The position numbers were made by a program, and so were the translations under genes. The notes under the pieces are model-generated. The model saw only the letters and a list, made by a program, of their open reading frames with translations. It was not told the origin of the DNA and did no database searches. Positions 42,367 through 51,437 of a DNA stretch of 64,000 bases are shown here, piece after piece. Each line of letters begins with the position of its first letter. The stretch's first letter is position 1. This DNA comes from Sulfurimonadaceae bacterium. GTDB taxonomy: Bacteria > Campylobacterota > Campylobacteria > Campylobacterales > Sulfurimonadaceae. Location: assembly GCA_041571435.1 (NCBI GenBank), contig JBFFUI010000002.1, positions 76,266 to 140,265 of the forward strand, written 5' to 3'.

Positions 42367-43536
42367 TTAATAATTGTTTAAATATCTAATTATACTCTCT
42401 AAATCGATCTTTTCATCGACATAGGATCGTTCCATACTCTCCGCCTTTTTCAGCGCATCCAGTATACCGCTCTTTTCAACCTCTTGTACATTATGGACAT
42501 ACTTGAACAGCTCCTGCTGCATATAAGCATGTCTGCCTGTAATGATCTTACAGCCAAAATGCGCCGGTTCCAGCGGGTTGTGCCCGCCTACATCCTCTTT
42601 AAAGGCACCGCCTATTATGGCGACATCACTGATGGCATAGATGTTATTAAGCTCGCCCATCGCATCGACCAGCGTAATATCTGCATCAAAGCTGCTCGCT
42701 TCACTCCATCTTGACAGTGTGAGATCCTTGCCTTTCATTTTCTCCAGAAGCGTGTAGACGCTCTCAAACCGCTCCGGGTGCCTTGGCACAACGACAAGCT
42801 TGGCATCATGCAGTTTCACATACTCCAGATAAGCCTTGAGAATAGGCTCTTCCTCCCCATCATGCGTACTTGCCGCCACGATCATCTCGCCCTGCGGCTT
42901 GAGGTACATTTTAGGCGCTACGATTTTTTGTGCCAGCTTGATATTGCCGACCACCTCGATATTCTCTGCACCCAGGGCTTCAAAACGCGCTTTGTCCGCT
43001 TCACTCTGGCAGAAGATCTTATCGACCCGTCTGAACATCCGCGCATAGAGCCAACGCAGACGCATGTATTTTGGAAAACTGCGCTCGGTCATACGGGCAT
43101 TGAGCAAGACGACTTTCGCTCCTTTGGCACGGGCTACCGCAAAAAGCAGATACCAAAACTCCGCCTCGAGCACCACCAGAATGTTATGTTTTCCGATCCA
43201 AAAGGGCAACAGTGACTCAAAAGGAAGATAACGTACCTCGGCCGAATACTTGGAGGCTTCAGCATGCCCGGTATGCGTGATCGTCGAGATCGATACCGCT
43301 CTCTTTTGTAACTTTTCCAACAGCGGTTTCAACGCTCTCGCCTCTCCCAAAGAACAGACATGGAACCAGATATCATCTTCTCTGAAACGCGGATTCTTTC
43401 TCAGGAAAAAACGTGCCGGAATAGACTCTCTGTATTTTTTTTTGAACGATAAAAGAAGTAAAAATGGAGTGGCAACAAGATGAAGTGTTGCCGCCAAAAG
43501 AAAGTAAAGAAGGGTAAATGGTCTTATCATACGCAC
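42367..43536 (-). CDS. waaA: 3-deoxy-D-manno-octulosonic acid transferase
   Basis: HVCSLGE, ASTHDGEE, VPRHPER, GGHNPLEP. Confidence 0.95.
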   Translation of the reverse strand: MRMIRPFTLLYFLLAATLHLVATPFLLLLSFKKKYRESIPARFFLRKNPRFREDDIWFHVCSLGEARALKPLLEKLQKRAVSISTITHTGHAEASKYSAEVRYLPFESLLPFWIGKHNILVVLEAEFWYLLFAVARAKGAKVVLLNARMTERSFPKYMRLRWLYARMFRRVDKIFCQSEADKARFEALGAENIEVVGNIKLAQKIVAPKMYLKPQGEMIVAASTHDGEEEPILKAYLEYVKLHDAKLVVVPRHPERFESVYTLLEKMKGKDLTLSRWSEASSFDADITLVDAMGELNNIYAISDVAIIGGAFKEDVGGHNPLEPAHFGCKIITGRHAYMQQELFKYVHNVQEVEKSGILDALKKAESMERSYVDEKIDLESIIRYLNNY

Positions 43537-43557
43537 ACCTCCTTGACTGAAGTGTGC

Positions 43558-44283
43558 TTACGCTTCAGCTGCCTCTGTTGAAGGTTCGATGTAAAGGATA
43601 CGGCCGCAGTGCGGGCAGTTAGTGATCTCTTCGCCTTTGATCACTTCTGCATAGACTTTATCATTGATGACCATGTAACATCCCATACATGCCTGGTTTT
43701 TAACCTCGACAGCGGTTGTGTTTTTAGCCCAACGACGGATCTTCTGATAGAAAGAGAGACCTTTTTGGTTCATCTGAGATACCAGTTTCTCTTTTGCTTC
43801 GAACACTTTCTGGCGTTCAATGTTGATCTCTGCAAGTTTGGCATCAACCTCTTCTTTAACCGTGGTGAGGTTTGCATCGATCTCTTCCATCTGCCCTTGA
43901 AGTTCAGCGATCTTCTCTTGCTTGTTCTCGATCACTTTTTCCAAACGCTCGATCTCTTCATTGGCAAAAGCGACCTGCTCTTTAGCGATCTCTTCTTCAA
44001 GTTGAAGTGACTTCATCTCACGTTCTGTCTTGACATCACCGCTTTTTTTGCTGTTCTCTTCAAGTTTAGCAGAGAGTTCGGCGATATGAAGCTCATTTTT
44101 CTGTTTTTTGACCTGCTCAGCTTTTGACTCTTCCTCAAGCGTTGCGATCTCAGACGCTAAATTCTCTTTTTTAGCCAGTGCAGCTTCGTACTTGATATTG
44201 GCTTCTTCGATCTGTGGTTCAAAGGCATCGATCTCTTTGTCGACTTTTGATAGTTCGATGAGTTGTTCTAGGTGCTTGTTCAA
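43558..44283 (-). CDS. Coiled-coil C4 zinc-ribbon protein (HP0958/CdsZ-like)
   Basis: Long coiled coil then CMGC...CPHCGRIL. Confidence 0.9.
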   Translation of the reverse strand: MNKHLEQLIELSKVDKEIDAFEPQIEEANIKYEAALAKKENLASEIATLEEESKAEQVKKQKNELHIAELSAKLEENSKKSGDVKTEREMKSLQLEEEIAKEQVAFANEEIERLEKVIENKQEKIAELQGQMEEIDANLTTVKEEVDAKLAEINIERQKVFEAKEKLVSQMNQKGLSFYQKIRRWAKNTTAVEVKNQACMGCYMVINDKVYAEVIKGEEITNCPHCGRILYIEPSTEAAEA

Positions 44284-44368
44284 TCTTTTTCCTTAAAATA
44301 GCGCAGTTGGTGCGTACATCCCACTGCAAAAAAGTGGTAAGAAGCCCCGTTTGTCGGGAATTTCTTAT

Positions 44369-45094
44369 CTACAAATAAGTAAATGGGTTTTTTGATGATG
44401 AAATTATAACCGTTAATCCTAAATTTTTCAAATCTTCAGCCAATATCTCGCCAAAAAAGCGTTCACTCTCAAAGTGGCCGATATCGATCATGTTGAGTCC
44501 GAGTACCTTGGCTTCCATCGCATCATGGTACTTGATATCCCCCGTCAGGAAAAGATCGGCCTCTACCTCACCGATCATCGAAGCACCCGAGCCGGTGCAC
44601 AAGGCCACGCGCCTGATCATTCTGTCATGCGCGACGACACTTTTGACATGTGTCAGACCAAAGGCTTCTGCCACCTCTGCACTAAAGGCTTCAAAGCTTT
44701 TTTCGACCTCAAAATAGAGCAGATACTCCTCCCTACTCTGCACTGTTTTACCCAGAACCTTCTCAGCTACATAGGCATTAAGATGGGTCAAGTCGAAATT
44801 GGTATGCATGGCAATGTTGGCGATCTTCTTCTCGACCATTCTGGCCAGCAGCTTACTGGGATAGGTTGCGAAGTCCATCGACTTGATCCCGCTGAAGATA
44901 AGGGGATGGTGTGTGATGATCAGCGTCCCCTCTTCAACACTCTCTATAAGCTCTTCATCAACATCGATGCTCAATACAACAGTGGAGATCTCCTGTTCAT
45001 AAGAGCCGAGGATCAGACCGGAGTTGTCCCATGACGCCTGCATCTCAAAAGGCGAAAGCGTGTTTAAGAGCCTGTAAATTTCTTCCAATCTCAT
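44369..45094 (-). CDS. Nif3-like dinuclear metal protein
   Basis: WDNSGL, THHP, HTNFD, GHFESE. Confidence 0.93.
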   Translation of the reverse strand: MRLEEIYRLLNTLSPFEMQASWDNSGLILGSYEQEISTVVLSIDVDEELIESVEEGTLIITHHPLIFSGIKSMDFATYPSKLLARMVEKKIANIAMHTNFDLTHLNAYVAEKVLGKTVQSREEYLLYFEVEKSFEAFSAEVAEAFGLTHVKSVVAHDRMIRRVALCTGSGASMIGEVEADLFLTGDIKYHDAMEAKVLGLNMIDIGHFESERFFGEILAEDLKNLGLTVIISSSKNPFTYL

Positions 45095-45837
45095 TCATAA
45101 CTCCTTTTTCGTTTCACCCGCACCTGTACCCCGCTGTTGGGCATCAGGGGATCGACATCCCTGAACTCGAACAGTTTGCTCTCTTCCAGAAGTTCGCGCA
45201 GTTTTTTGAAGCCGTAGTTTCTTGGATCGAACTCCGGGGACTTGTTAAGCACGTTCTGTCCGACCGAGCCGAGGTGCGACCAGCCTGCTTCATCCGCCGT
45301 GTCATCAACGGCGTGACGCAGCGTGTTCAAAATGCGGAGATCCGGTTTTTGTGTTTTTTGTACCGGTTTTTTCAATTTCGGCTCATTAGTGCCGACACTT
45401 TTACGCAGTATCTCTGTATAGATAAACTTGTCACAGGCACTCATGAAAGCTTTCGGTGTCTTTTTCTCTCCAAAACCGTAAACCTTCAAACCAGCCTCAC
45501 GGATCCGGCTTGCAAGCCGTGTAAAGTCGCTGTCGCTCGAGACGATGCAAAAGCCGTCAAGTTTTTCGCTGTAGAGCAGGTCCATCGCATCGATGATCAG
45601 TGCCGAATCCGTCGCATTTTTACCGGTCGTATAGGCGAACTGCTGAACCGGGTTGATACCGTGTTCAAGCAGCGCACTTTTCCACCCCTTTAAGCGGCCG
45701 TCGGTCCAATCTCCGTAGATCCGTTTCACACTCGAAACACCATACTGGGCGATCTCGTCCAGCAGCCCTTCGATAATGGATGATTGGGCATTGTCCGCAT
45801 CGATCAAAACGGCTAAACGTGCCTGATTATCTGGCAT
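45091..45837 (-). CDS. NYN-domain (LabA/DUF88) protein with C-terminal OST-HTH/LOTUS domain
   Basis: LIDADN, GKNATD, SSDSDF, FDPRNYGFKKL. Confidence 0.9.
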   Translation of the reverse strand: MPDNQARLAVLIDADNAQSSIIEGLLDEIAQYGVSSVKRIYGDWTDGRLKGWKSALLEHGINPVQQFAYTTGKNATDSALIIDAMDLLYSEKLDGFCIVSSDSDFTRLASRIREAGLKVYGFGEKKTPKAFMSACDKFIYTEILRKSVGTNEPKLKKPVQKTQKPDLRILNTLRHAVDDTADEAGWSHLGSVGQNVLNKSPEFDPRNYGFKKLRELLEESKLFEFRDVDPLMPNSGVQVRVKRKRSYE

Positions 45838-46405
45838 TAAGCTTCTCCAGCTCTTCTTTGGCTGCCTCAAGATCCGGCTCGATCTGCAACGCTTTTTCGT
45901 ACATCATCTTCGCCTCTGCAATACGCTTCATCTCGACCAGAAGGTTGGCGTAGTTGAAGTAGGTCACCTCATAATCGGGATCGAGCTCAATGGCACGCTT
46001 GTAATGTTCTTGCGCTTCATCAAAGCGTCCCATCGCTTTTAACTGGGAGGCGATCGCGAGGTGCGTCACATCTTCTTCTTTAAGTGAGAGCGAATGGTTG
46101 TAGAGTTTCAGTGCCTCTTCATTGTTGCCCATGGCACTCAACACAAAGCCCAACCGGTTGGCAAGCTCCGGGATGTCGCTATTGTAATTGTGGGCTTTTT
46201 GAAGCAGCTCTCTGGCTTCCAACAGACGTCCTTCATCATAAGCTCTGTCGGCCTCTTCGACCAACGTGTCGATATTGACACGCTCTTCTAACGCTTCGTG
46301 CGCATCCTCGCTGCCTTCAGGGTCCTGCAAGCCCTGCATGTGTTCATAGATCTTAAAGGCAAAAAATGCCGATGCTGCCAGTAAGATAATCTGCATTATA
46401 GTCAT
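45827..46405 (-). CDS. Membrane-anchored TPR protein
   Basis: N-terminal TM helix, several TPR repeats (YKRAIELDPDY). Confidence 0.85.
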   Translation of the reverse strand: MTIMQIILLAASAFFAFKIYEHMQGLQDPEGSEDAHEALEERVNIDTLVEEADRAYDEGRLLEARELLQKAHNYNSDIPELANRLGFVLSAMGNNEEALKLYNHSLSLKEEDVTHLAIASQLKAMGRFDEAQEHYKRAIELDPDYEVTYFNYANLLVEMKRIAEAKMMYEKALQIEPDLEAAKEELEKLNAR

Positions 46406-46522
46406 TGATATTCCTTTTGATATAAAAGTATACAAAGCCGAGGCTAAATCGAAGGTCACCCCAAAACAACAAAACAAATATAACATTTTAAAAGATTAAA
46501 ACATTAACAATTTATTCTAAAT

Positions 46523-46538
46523 TCACCTATATGGGTGA
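46523..46538. promoter_or_regulatory. Palindromic operator TCACC-N6-GGTGA
   Basis: TCACC TATATG GGTGA just upstream of TATAAT (46561); related copies at 49996 and 54003. Confidence 0.55.
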
Positions 46539-46602
46539 TGACTTTTCATGAAAATTGCTCTATAATGTTTTTCAAAAATGTAGAATACTTTTTTAAAAGG
46601 AA

Positions 46603-48423
46603 ATGTTGATGGCAATACGGAACAAACGTAAAGCAATTGGTTTAAGTCTCATTGTAACACTGGGGCTTGCTTCTGCATTGAACGCAGGTATTATTACAAC
46701 GCAGCAACAAGCTGCACCGAGTGTAGCACCTGGATTTAATGGTTTGAATCTGGATAACGTCGATGTGTTGATGACGGATGACTTGTTTGATCCGGCAGGG
46801 TTTTCCGGAACAGGTGATTTCAATAAAACGGATGGCTCTTACCCGACAATGACCTATGGCGACTCTTTTGAGAGCCAGGTAAAAGATGACAGCGGTACAG
46901 TCATGGTAAAACTTCACGGCAAGACCTGGCCTGTAGGCGAACCGCTGGGTATAAAAGTCATTACCGATTCGCCGGGCGACCCTCAAAACGGAAAACCGGA
47001 CAACTGTATTATGACGACCTCTTATCTGGATACAGGCTACCTGGATACAGACAGTCCTAATCCAACCAACTGTAACAGTCCATTCCAGACCCACAAACGT
47101 TTCAAAGCCAACCTGCAGCAAACGCTTGTTGACGGTGCGGGCGTTGAGAGCTTTGATCTTGTCTTCAATGTCGCACCCGAAGCGGATCCGGCAGTGCGCC
47201 GTTACCAGCTCTTTCAAAAGATCAACAACTACACGCAAGAGCGACTCTCGGGCTATAACGTTGAAGTCGGTTTCGGTGTCGGTGCAAACTTTACGCGTGC
47301 CGATTCAGCTGACATTACCCTTTCGATCGGTGAAGGCGAAAATGCAGGAGATGACATCTGGGCAGAAGCGGAACGCGCGACCTTTGCACACGGTCTTTGG
47401 GGACCGGTAGATAAGCACTTCCCGGTGCCTGGTTTCTTCAGCCAATACTCTGCAGGTTTTGAAGTCGCACTTGACGGTGACCAGAAAGGGGCGACTTCCG
47501 GACCTTCACTGGACGTAAACTATAATAGCAACTATCTAACACTGTTCGGCGAATGGCTGCCGAGAAAATGGGCACCGACTGGTATTTTCCACGATTTTGA
47601 CGATGATCCGACAACAGATGCGGATATCGTAGCATTTTGGGCAGACGTTGATGGTGACGGCACCTACGCCTGGACCTATGGCGGACCAAATTTCAACCTG
47701 GTCGACAACGCCACCCTTGAGTCATGGGCGGCAGACCGTCTGTACAGTGTCGGACTCATCGAAGATGTCCTTAACCTGGGTCTGAACTACATCATCAATA
47801 TCGGTGATGTTACGACATTCGATGACTTCAACGCCACCAGTGAGACAGCGACATTTACGATTCGTATCACACCGGTCAAAGGAACGACCGGAACGGAACC
47901 GGGCTGGATCACAAATCCGCCGATTCTCGGTACGGCGGGAAGCCTGGGTGCCGTTTCAATCGGGGCCGATCCGTTTGCACCGGGTGATGTATTGACCATT
48001 ATTGTCACGGATGGCGATCTCAACGAAGACAACACGACCATTGAAACTGTAGAGATCAATGTGACAAATACGCTCGGTGAGACAGAGCTCGTGACGTTGA
48101 CAGAGATCGCGCAGACATCGGGGTACTTCAGAGGTACACTCGCTACCAACGATTCAGACGTGGCAGGTACAGATAACGACGGTATTCTGAACGTAACGAA
48201 TGGTTCACTGGTGACAGCGACCTATAACGATGCCGATGACGGTACTGGAAGCCCTGCTGTTGTAACGGACACGGCACTGGCACAAACACCGGTTACGCCA
48301 CCGCCAAGTAACAACGATACAGCTGATGGCTTTTCAACGATGGATAACGTCAGTCTTTTCGCAATGATCTTCGGATTCCTTGCCATAGGCGGTTTCATCG
48401 CACGTAAACGACTCGCCAAGTAA
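46603..48423 (+). CDS. Surface protein, choice-of-anchor F-like, with C-terminal TM/basic sorting tail
   Basis: Signal peptide; WPVGEPLGIK, NCIMTTSYL, CNSPFQTHKRFK; Pro/Thr linker then GFSTMDNVSL + TM helix + RKRLAK. Confidence 0.75.
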   Translation: MLMAIRNKRKAIGLSLIVTLGLASALNAGIITTQQQAAPSVAPGFNGLNLDNVDVLMTDDLFDPAGFSGTGDFNKTDGSYPTMTYGDSFESQVKDDSGTVMVKLHGKTWPVGEPLGIKVITDSPGDPQNGKPDNCIMTTSYLDTGYLDTDSPNPTNCNSPFQTHKRFKANLQQTLVDGAGVESFDLVFNVAPEADPAVRRYQLFQKINNYTQERLSGYNVEVGFGVGANFTRADSADITLSIGEGENAGDDIWAEAERATFAHGLWGPVDKHFPVPGFFSQYSAGFEVALDGDQKGATSGPSLDVNYNSNYLTLFGEWLPRKWAPTGIFHDFDDDPTTDADIVAFWADVDGDGTYAWTYGGPNFNLVDNATLESWAADRLYSVGLIEDVLNLGLNYIINIGDVTTFDDFNATSETATFTIRITPVKGTTGTEPGWITNPPILGTAGSLGAVSIGADPFAPGDVLTIIVTDGDLNEDNTTIETVEINVTNTLGETELVTLTEIAQTSGYFRGTLATNDSDVAGTDNDGILNVTNGSLVTATYNDADDGTGSPAVVTDTALAQTPVTPPPSNNDTADGFSTMDNVSLFAMIFGFLAIGGFIARKRLAK

Positions 48424-48437
48424 ACCCGGTATTGGCA

Positions 48438-48466
48438 TCATGCCCAGGTAGTTCATCTGGGCATGA
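48438..48466 (+). terminator. Hairpin after surface protein gene
   Basis: TCATGCCCAG-gtagttcat-CTGGGCATGA. Confidence 0.55.
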
Positions 48467-48573
48467 CTATACACCTCATCTCTTTCCAACCCCTCTTTTT
48501 CCCGCTTATACTTATACATCGCTAACGCTCTTCGCCTATAATTTTATTATCTGAATAATACAAAGGTTATAAG

Positions 48574-49146
48574 ATGAAAACAAATACAAATCAACGTAGA
48601 GATTTTTTGAGACTATTGGGTCTCGGTGCCATTGCAACGGCTTCGACAGCATTTGCAAGTGGTGGTGGCCGTAACAAACAAACGGTTGAATTGACTGAAG
48701 AACAGAAAGATACACTTTTCTTCATCTTCCAGGAAGAGAAAGTGGCAAGGGATGTTTATATCACCTTGGGCGAGCTCTATCCGGAGGAGTCAACATTTGC
48801 CAATATCCAGCTTTCAGAGCAGGAGCATATTTTGTCGGCACAGGTCCTGTGTGAACGTTACGGCATCGATACCTCAAGCGTCAACCTCTCGCTGGAGGAG
48901 GAGTATGTGGGGCAGTTTGAACTGCTGGCGATGCAAGAGCTTTATAACAACTGTATCGGCCTCGGTTCCGTCTCACTGCTCGAAGCACTTAAAGTCGGCG
49001 AGTTGATCGAGCTGACCGATATTGACGATCTTGAAGAGGCTGCCGAGGGGATGCCGTCGGATGTTGTCAAAGTCTACGACAACTTGAAAGCAGGAAGCCT
49101 GAACCATTTGGATGCATTTCAAACAGCGATCGCCAGAGAGTCATAA
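48574..49146 (+). CDS. Tat-exported ferritin-like protein (DUF2202)
   Basis: QRRDFLR twin-arginine signal; EEKVARDVY, SEQEH, GSLNHLDAF. Confidence 0.85.
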   Translation: MKTNTNQRRDFLRLLGLGAIATASTAFASGGGRNKQTVELTEEQKDTLFFIFQEEKVARDVYITLGELYPEESTFANIQLSEQEHILSAQVLCERYGIDTSSVNLSLEEEYVGQFELLAMQELYNNCIGLGSVSLLEALKVGELIELTDIDDLEEAAEGMPSDVVKVYDNLKAGSLNHLDAFQTAIARES

Positions 49147-49175
49147 ACGGTACATAATAAAACGAGGAGAAGACC

Positions 49176-49598
49176 ATGAACATGCTAATGATCAACACCC
49201 CTGTGAAAAAGAAGCTGACACTCGCTCTCCTCGCCTACTACGAGACACTTAAACGAGGGGATCTGCAGGCACAGTCTACTCTGATGACAAAAGAGTCCTA
49301 TCTCCTTACCTTGGAAGCTGTGGGGTTTAAACGCGCATTCAAAGATCCCGAATTCAAAGCCCTTCTAAAAAAAATCAGCGATGATGAAAAGGCACTGCAC
49401 ACAGTTGAGACAATACTCTCAAATGATTTGGCTGCCGAAGCAAGAGAACATGACATAGCACTTCTCTCATTTGATCCGAAAGGGTCAGACCGCATGACCG
49501 TCCGTTACACGGAAGACGGGCACCCTAAAAAACTCTACTTCTCATCGCTCTCCGGAGAGTGGAAGATCGACTATAAAGCCGGCCGGCGAAAAATATAA
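49176..49598 (+). CDS. Hypothetical protein (possible NTF2-like fold)
   Basis: 140-aa ORF with GAGGAG RBS. Confidence 0.7.
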   Translation: MNMLMINTPVKKKLTLALLAYYETLKRGDLQAQSTLMTKESYLLTLEAVGFKRAFKDPEFKALLKKISDDEKALHTVETILSNDLAAEAREHDIALLSFDPKGSDRMTVRYTEDGHPKKLYFSSLSGEWKIDYKAGRRKI

Positions 49599-49603
49599 CG
49601 ACC

Positions 49604-49903
49604 CTATTTAAGGGTTAAGATATGCTGCGCCAACGCCGCGGCATCATCCGCATCCACACCTTTTAATTTCGCCTGGTGCATACCTAGGTAGCGTGACGAG
49701 ACTTTGCTCGTTCCATCCAGAAACGCCCGGATGCTTGTCGTCATCTGCTCTTCACTTAGCGTGTTAAGCTTGGGTGAGGTCTTCAAAGCGATCTTTTCCC
49801 CCTTCTTGCCGTGACACATCGCACACTTTTTATAGATAGATGCGCCATCGAAAGCGGAGAGTGCCAATGCACCCAGGGTCAGCAACAAAACAATCTTTTT
49901 CAT
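49604..49903 (-). CDS. Periplasmic monoheme cytochrome c
   Basis: Signal peptide, CAMCHG, distal Met (GMH). Confidence 0.9.
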   Translation of the reverse strand: MKKIVLLLTLGALALSAFDGASIYKKCAMCHGKKGEKIALKTSPKLNTLSEEQMTTSIRAFLDGTSKVSSRYLGMHQAKLKGVDADDAAALAQHILTLK

Positions 49904-50066
49904 CTTTTCCTCTCTATTCTCTCTCTTTTACGCTATTTTAAAACAGACTTGCTTAAAATGGATGTTAATCAAATCTCTTCAAAATCATTAAAAAATCACC
50001 CCTTGGTAGGATGCATTTTTTGTTTTTTTTGACTACTCAAATGTATCTTAATAAAAAGGAGTCTTT

Positions 50067-51428
50067 GTGAAGCAGCTACATCGTTTTGCCTTGTTTTCAT
50101 GCTGTCTGCTCTTATTTGGCTTTTTGGAAAACGCACAGGCTGTTCCCGGTTTTGCACGACAGACCGGGTTAGAGTGTATGATGTGTCATACCCAAAACCA
50201 GACCAAACTGAACCGTTTTGGACGCGAGTTCGCCCGTTCAGCCTATACCATGAGCTCGGAGTCCGGTGCACAGTCGCTTATCGACGGCGAAGCACTTGGC
50301 CTCAGTATTCCCTCGGTGCTTAACATGTCCTTGATGTTAAAAGGACGGATCGAAAAAAGTGACGGGGCCATCAACGGAAAAGGCAATGTCCTTGAATCAA
50401 AAGTTGACGGCGAGAAGATCGACAGCAACCGCGGAATCTATGAGTTCTTCAAAACCTCGACCATCAATGTTGCCGGGCGCGTCGCCAACAATGTCGGTAC
50501 GATCATCGAATTTAGAGAGAAAGAGGGCAAAGCGATCTTCGGCGGAAAGATCGCAACCGCTTTTGAAACAGGCAGCGGCTATAGCGGTCTAGCCGTCTAT
50601 TCCACAAACAACTATGGTCCGTTCAGCGGAATCGAAAGTTACAATACCGGTCTCTACAAGCCCTTGCGCCAGTTCGAAAATCACAAATTGACCAACGCTG
50701 CCCAGGCATCCGATCTTGGAAGCGGACCGGCCACCGGTCTGCAGCTTTACTATGGAGGCGAAAATCTCTTTGTGACACTCGGTGCCTATGTGCCGATACA
50801 TAACAATGACGGCATCGACATTGGCGACAGCATGATCCCTTTTGCCCGAATAGCGTATGAGCAGCCTCTCGGTGATTTGACGCTTACTGTAGGGGCTTTC
50901 GGTATCAGCGGTACTGCTACAGCCAGCAATACCACATTTTATCCTGCACTCTCGGGTCTGATCCCCGATGCGCTTGTCGGGGTAAAAAAAGAGGCCTACG
51001 GTTTTGACCTGCAGCTCGAAGGTGTCATCTTGGATATCGAGACATTGATGACCTTTGTTGCTGTACCGAAAAACAAAACAACGCTGAGTGATGCCTCCTT
51101 GATGGTCTATGAGACAAAACCACTCTCTGACTCAGTCTATGGTGAACCGGAAGACGCTGAGACGGCAGCCTACTCTGTCGATCTCTCCATCCACCCATGG
51201 CCGTCGCTTGGCTTTAAAGTGGCCTACTTGACCGCCGACGACAGCGGCCCACACACCTATGAACTCGACAAGATCGACGTCAAGGACAAGGACGCCGTCA
51301 CACTCGGGTTTGACTATTCATTCCGTCAAAACGTATTGCTGACCATGGAGTACTCGATGGTCAATGCAAAAAAAGAGGAGATCGAAAACTATAACGATCT
51401 CTTAACTGTTCTAACGATCTCATTTTAA
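50067..51428 (+). CDS. Cyc2-like cytochrome c-porin fusion (copy 1)
   Basis: AVPGFARQTGLECMMCH...LNRFGREF..SAY N-terminus, beta-barrel C-terminus ending in Phe. Confidence 0.85.
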   Translation: MKQLHRFALFSCCLLLFGFLENAQAVPGFARQTGLECMMCHTQNQTKLNRFGREFARSAYTMSSESGAQSLIDGEALGLSIPSVLNMSLMLKGRIEKSDGAINGKGNVLESKVDGEKIDSNRGIYEFFKTSTINVAGRVANNVGTIIEFREKEGKAIFGGKIATAFETGSGYSGLAVYSTNNYGPFSGIESYNTGLYKPLRQFENHKLTNAAQASDLGSGPATGLQLYYGGENLFVTLGAYVPIHNNDGIDIGDSMIPFARIAYEQPLGDLTLTVGAFGISGTATASNTTFYPALSGLIPDALVGVKKEAYGFDLQLEGVILDIETLMTFVAVPKNKTTLSDASLMVYETKPLSDSVYGEPEDAETAAYSVDLSIHPWPSLGFKVAYLTADDSGPHTYELDKIDVKDKDAVTLGFDYSFRQNVLLTMEYSMVNAKKEEIENYNDLLTVLTISF

Positions 51429-51437
51429 ATGGAGTGT

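Noticed and set aside
44300-44368. Two small hairpins between nif3 and the zinc-ribbon gene as a riboswitch
   Set aside because: Stems are short and imperfect, and no known aptamer consensus was recognised.
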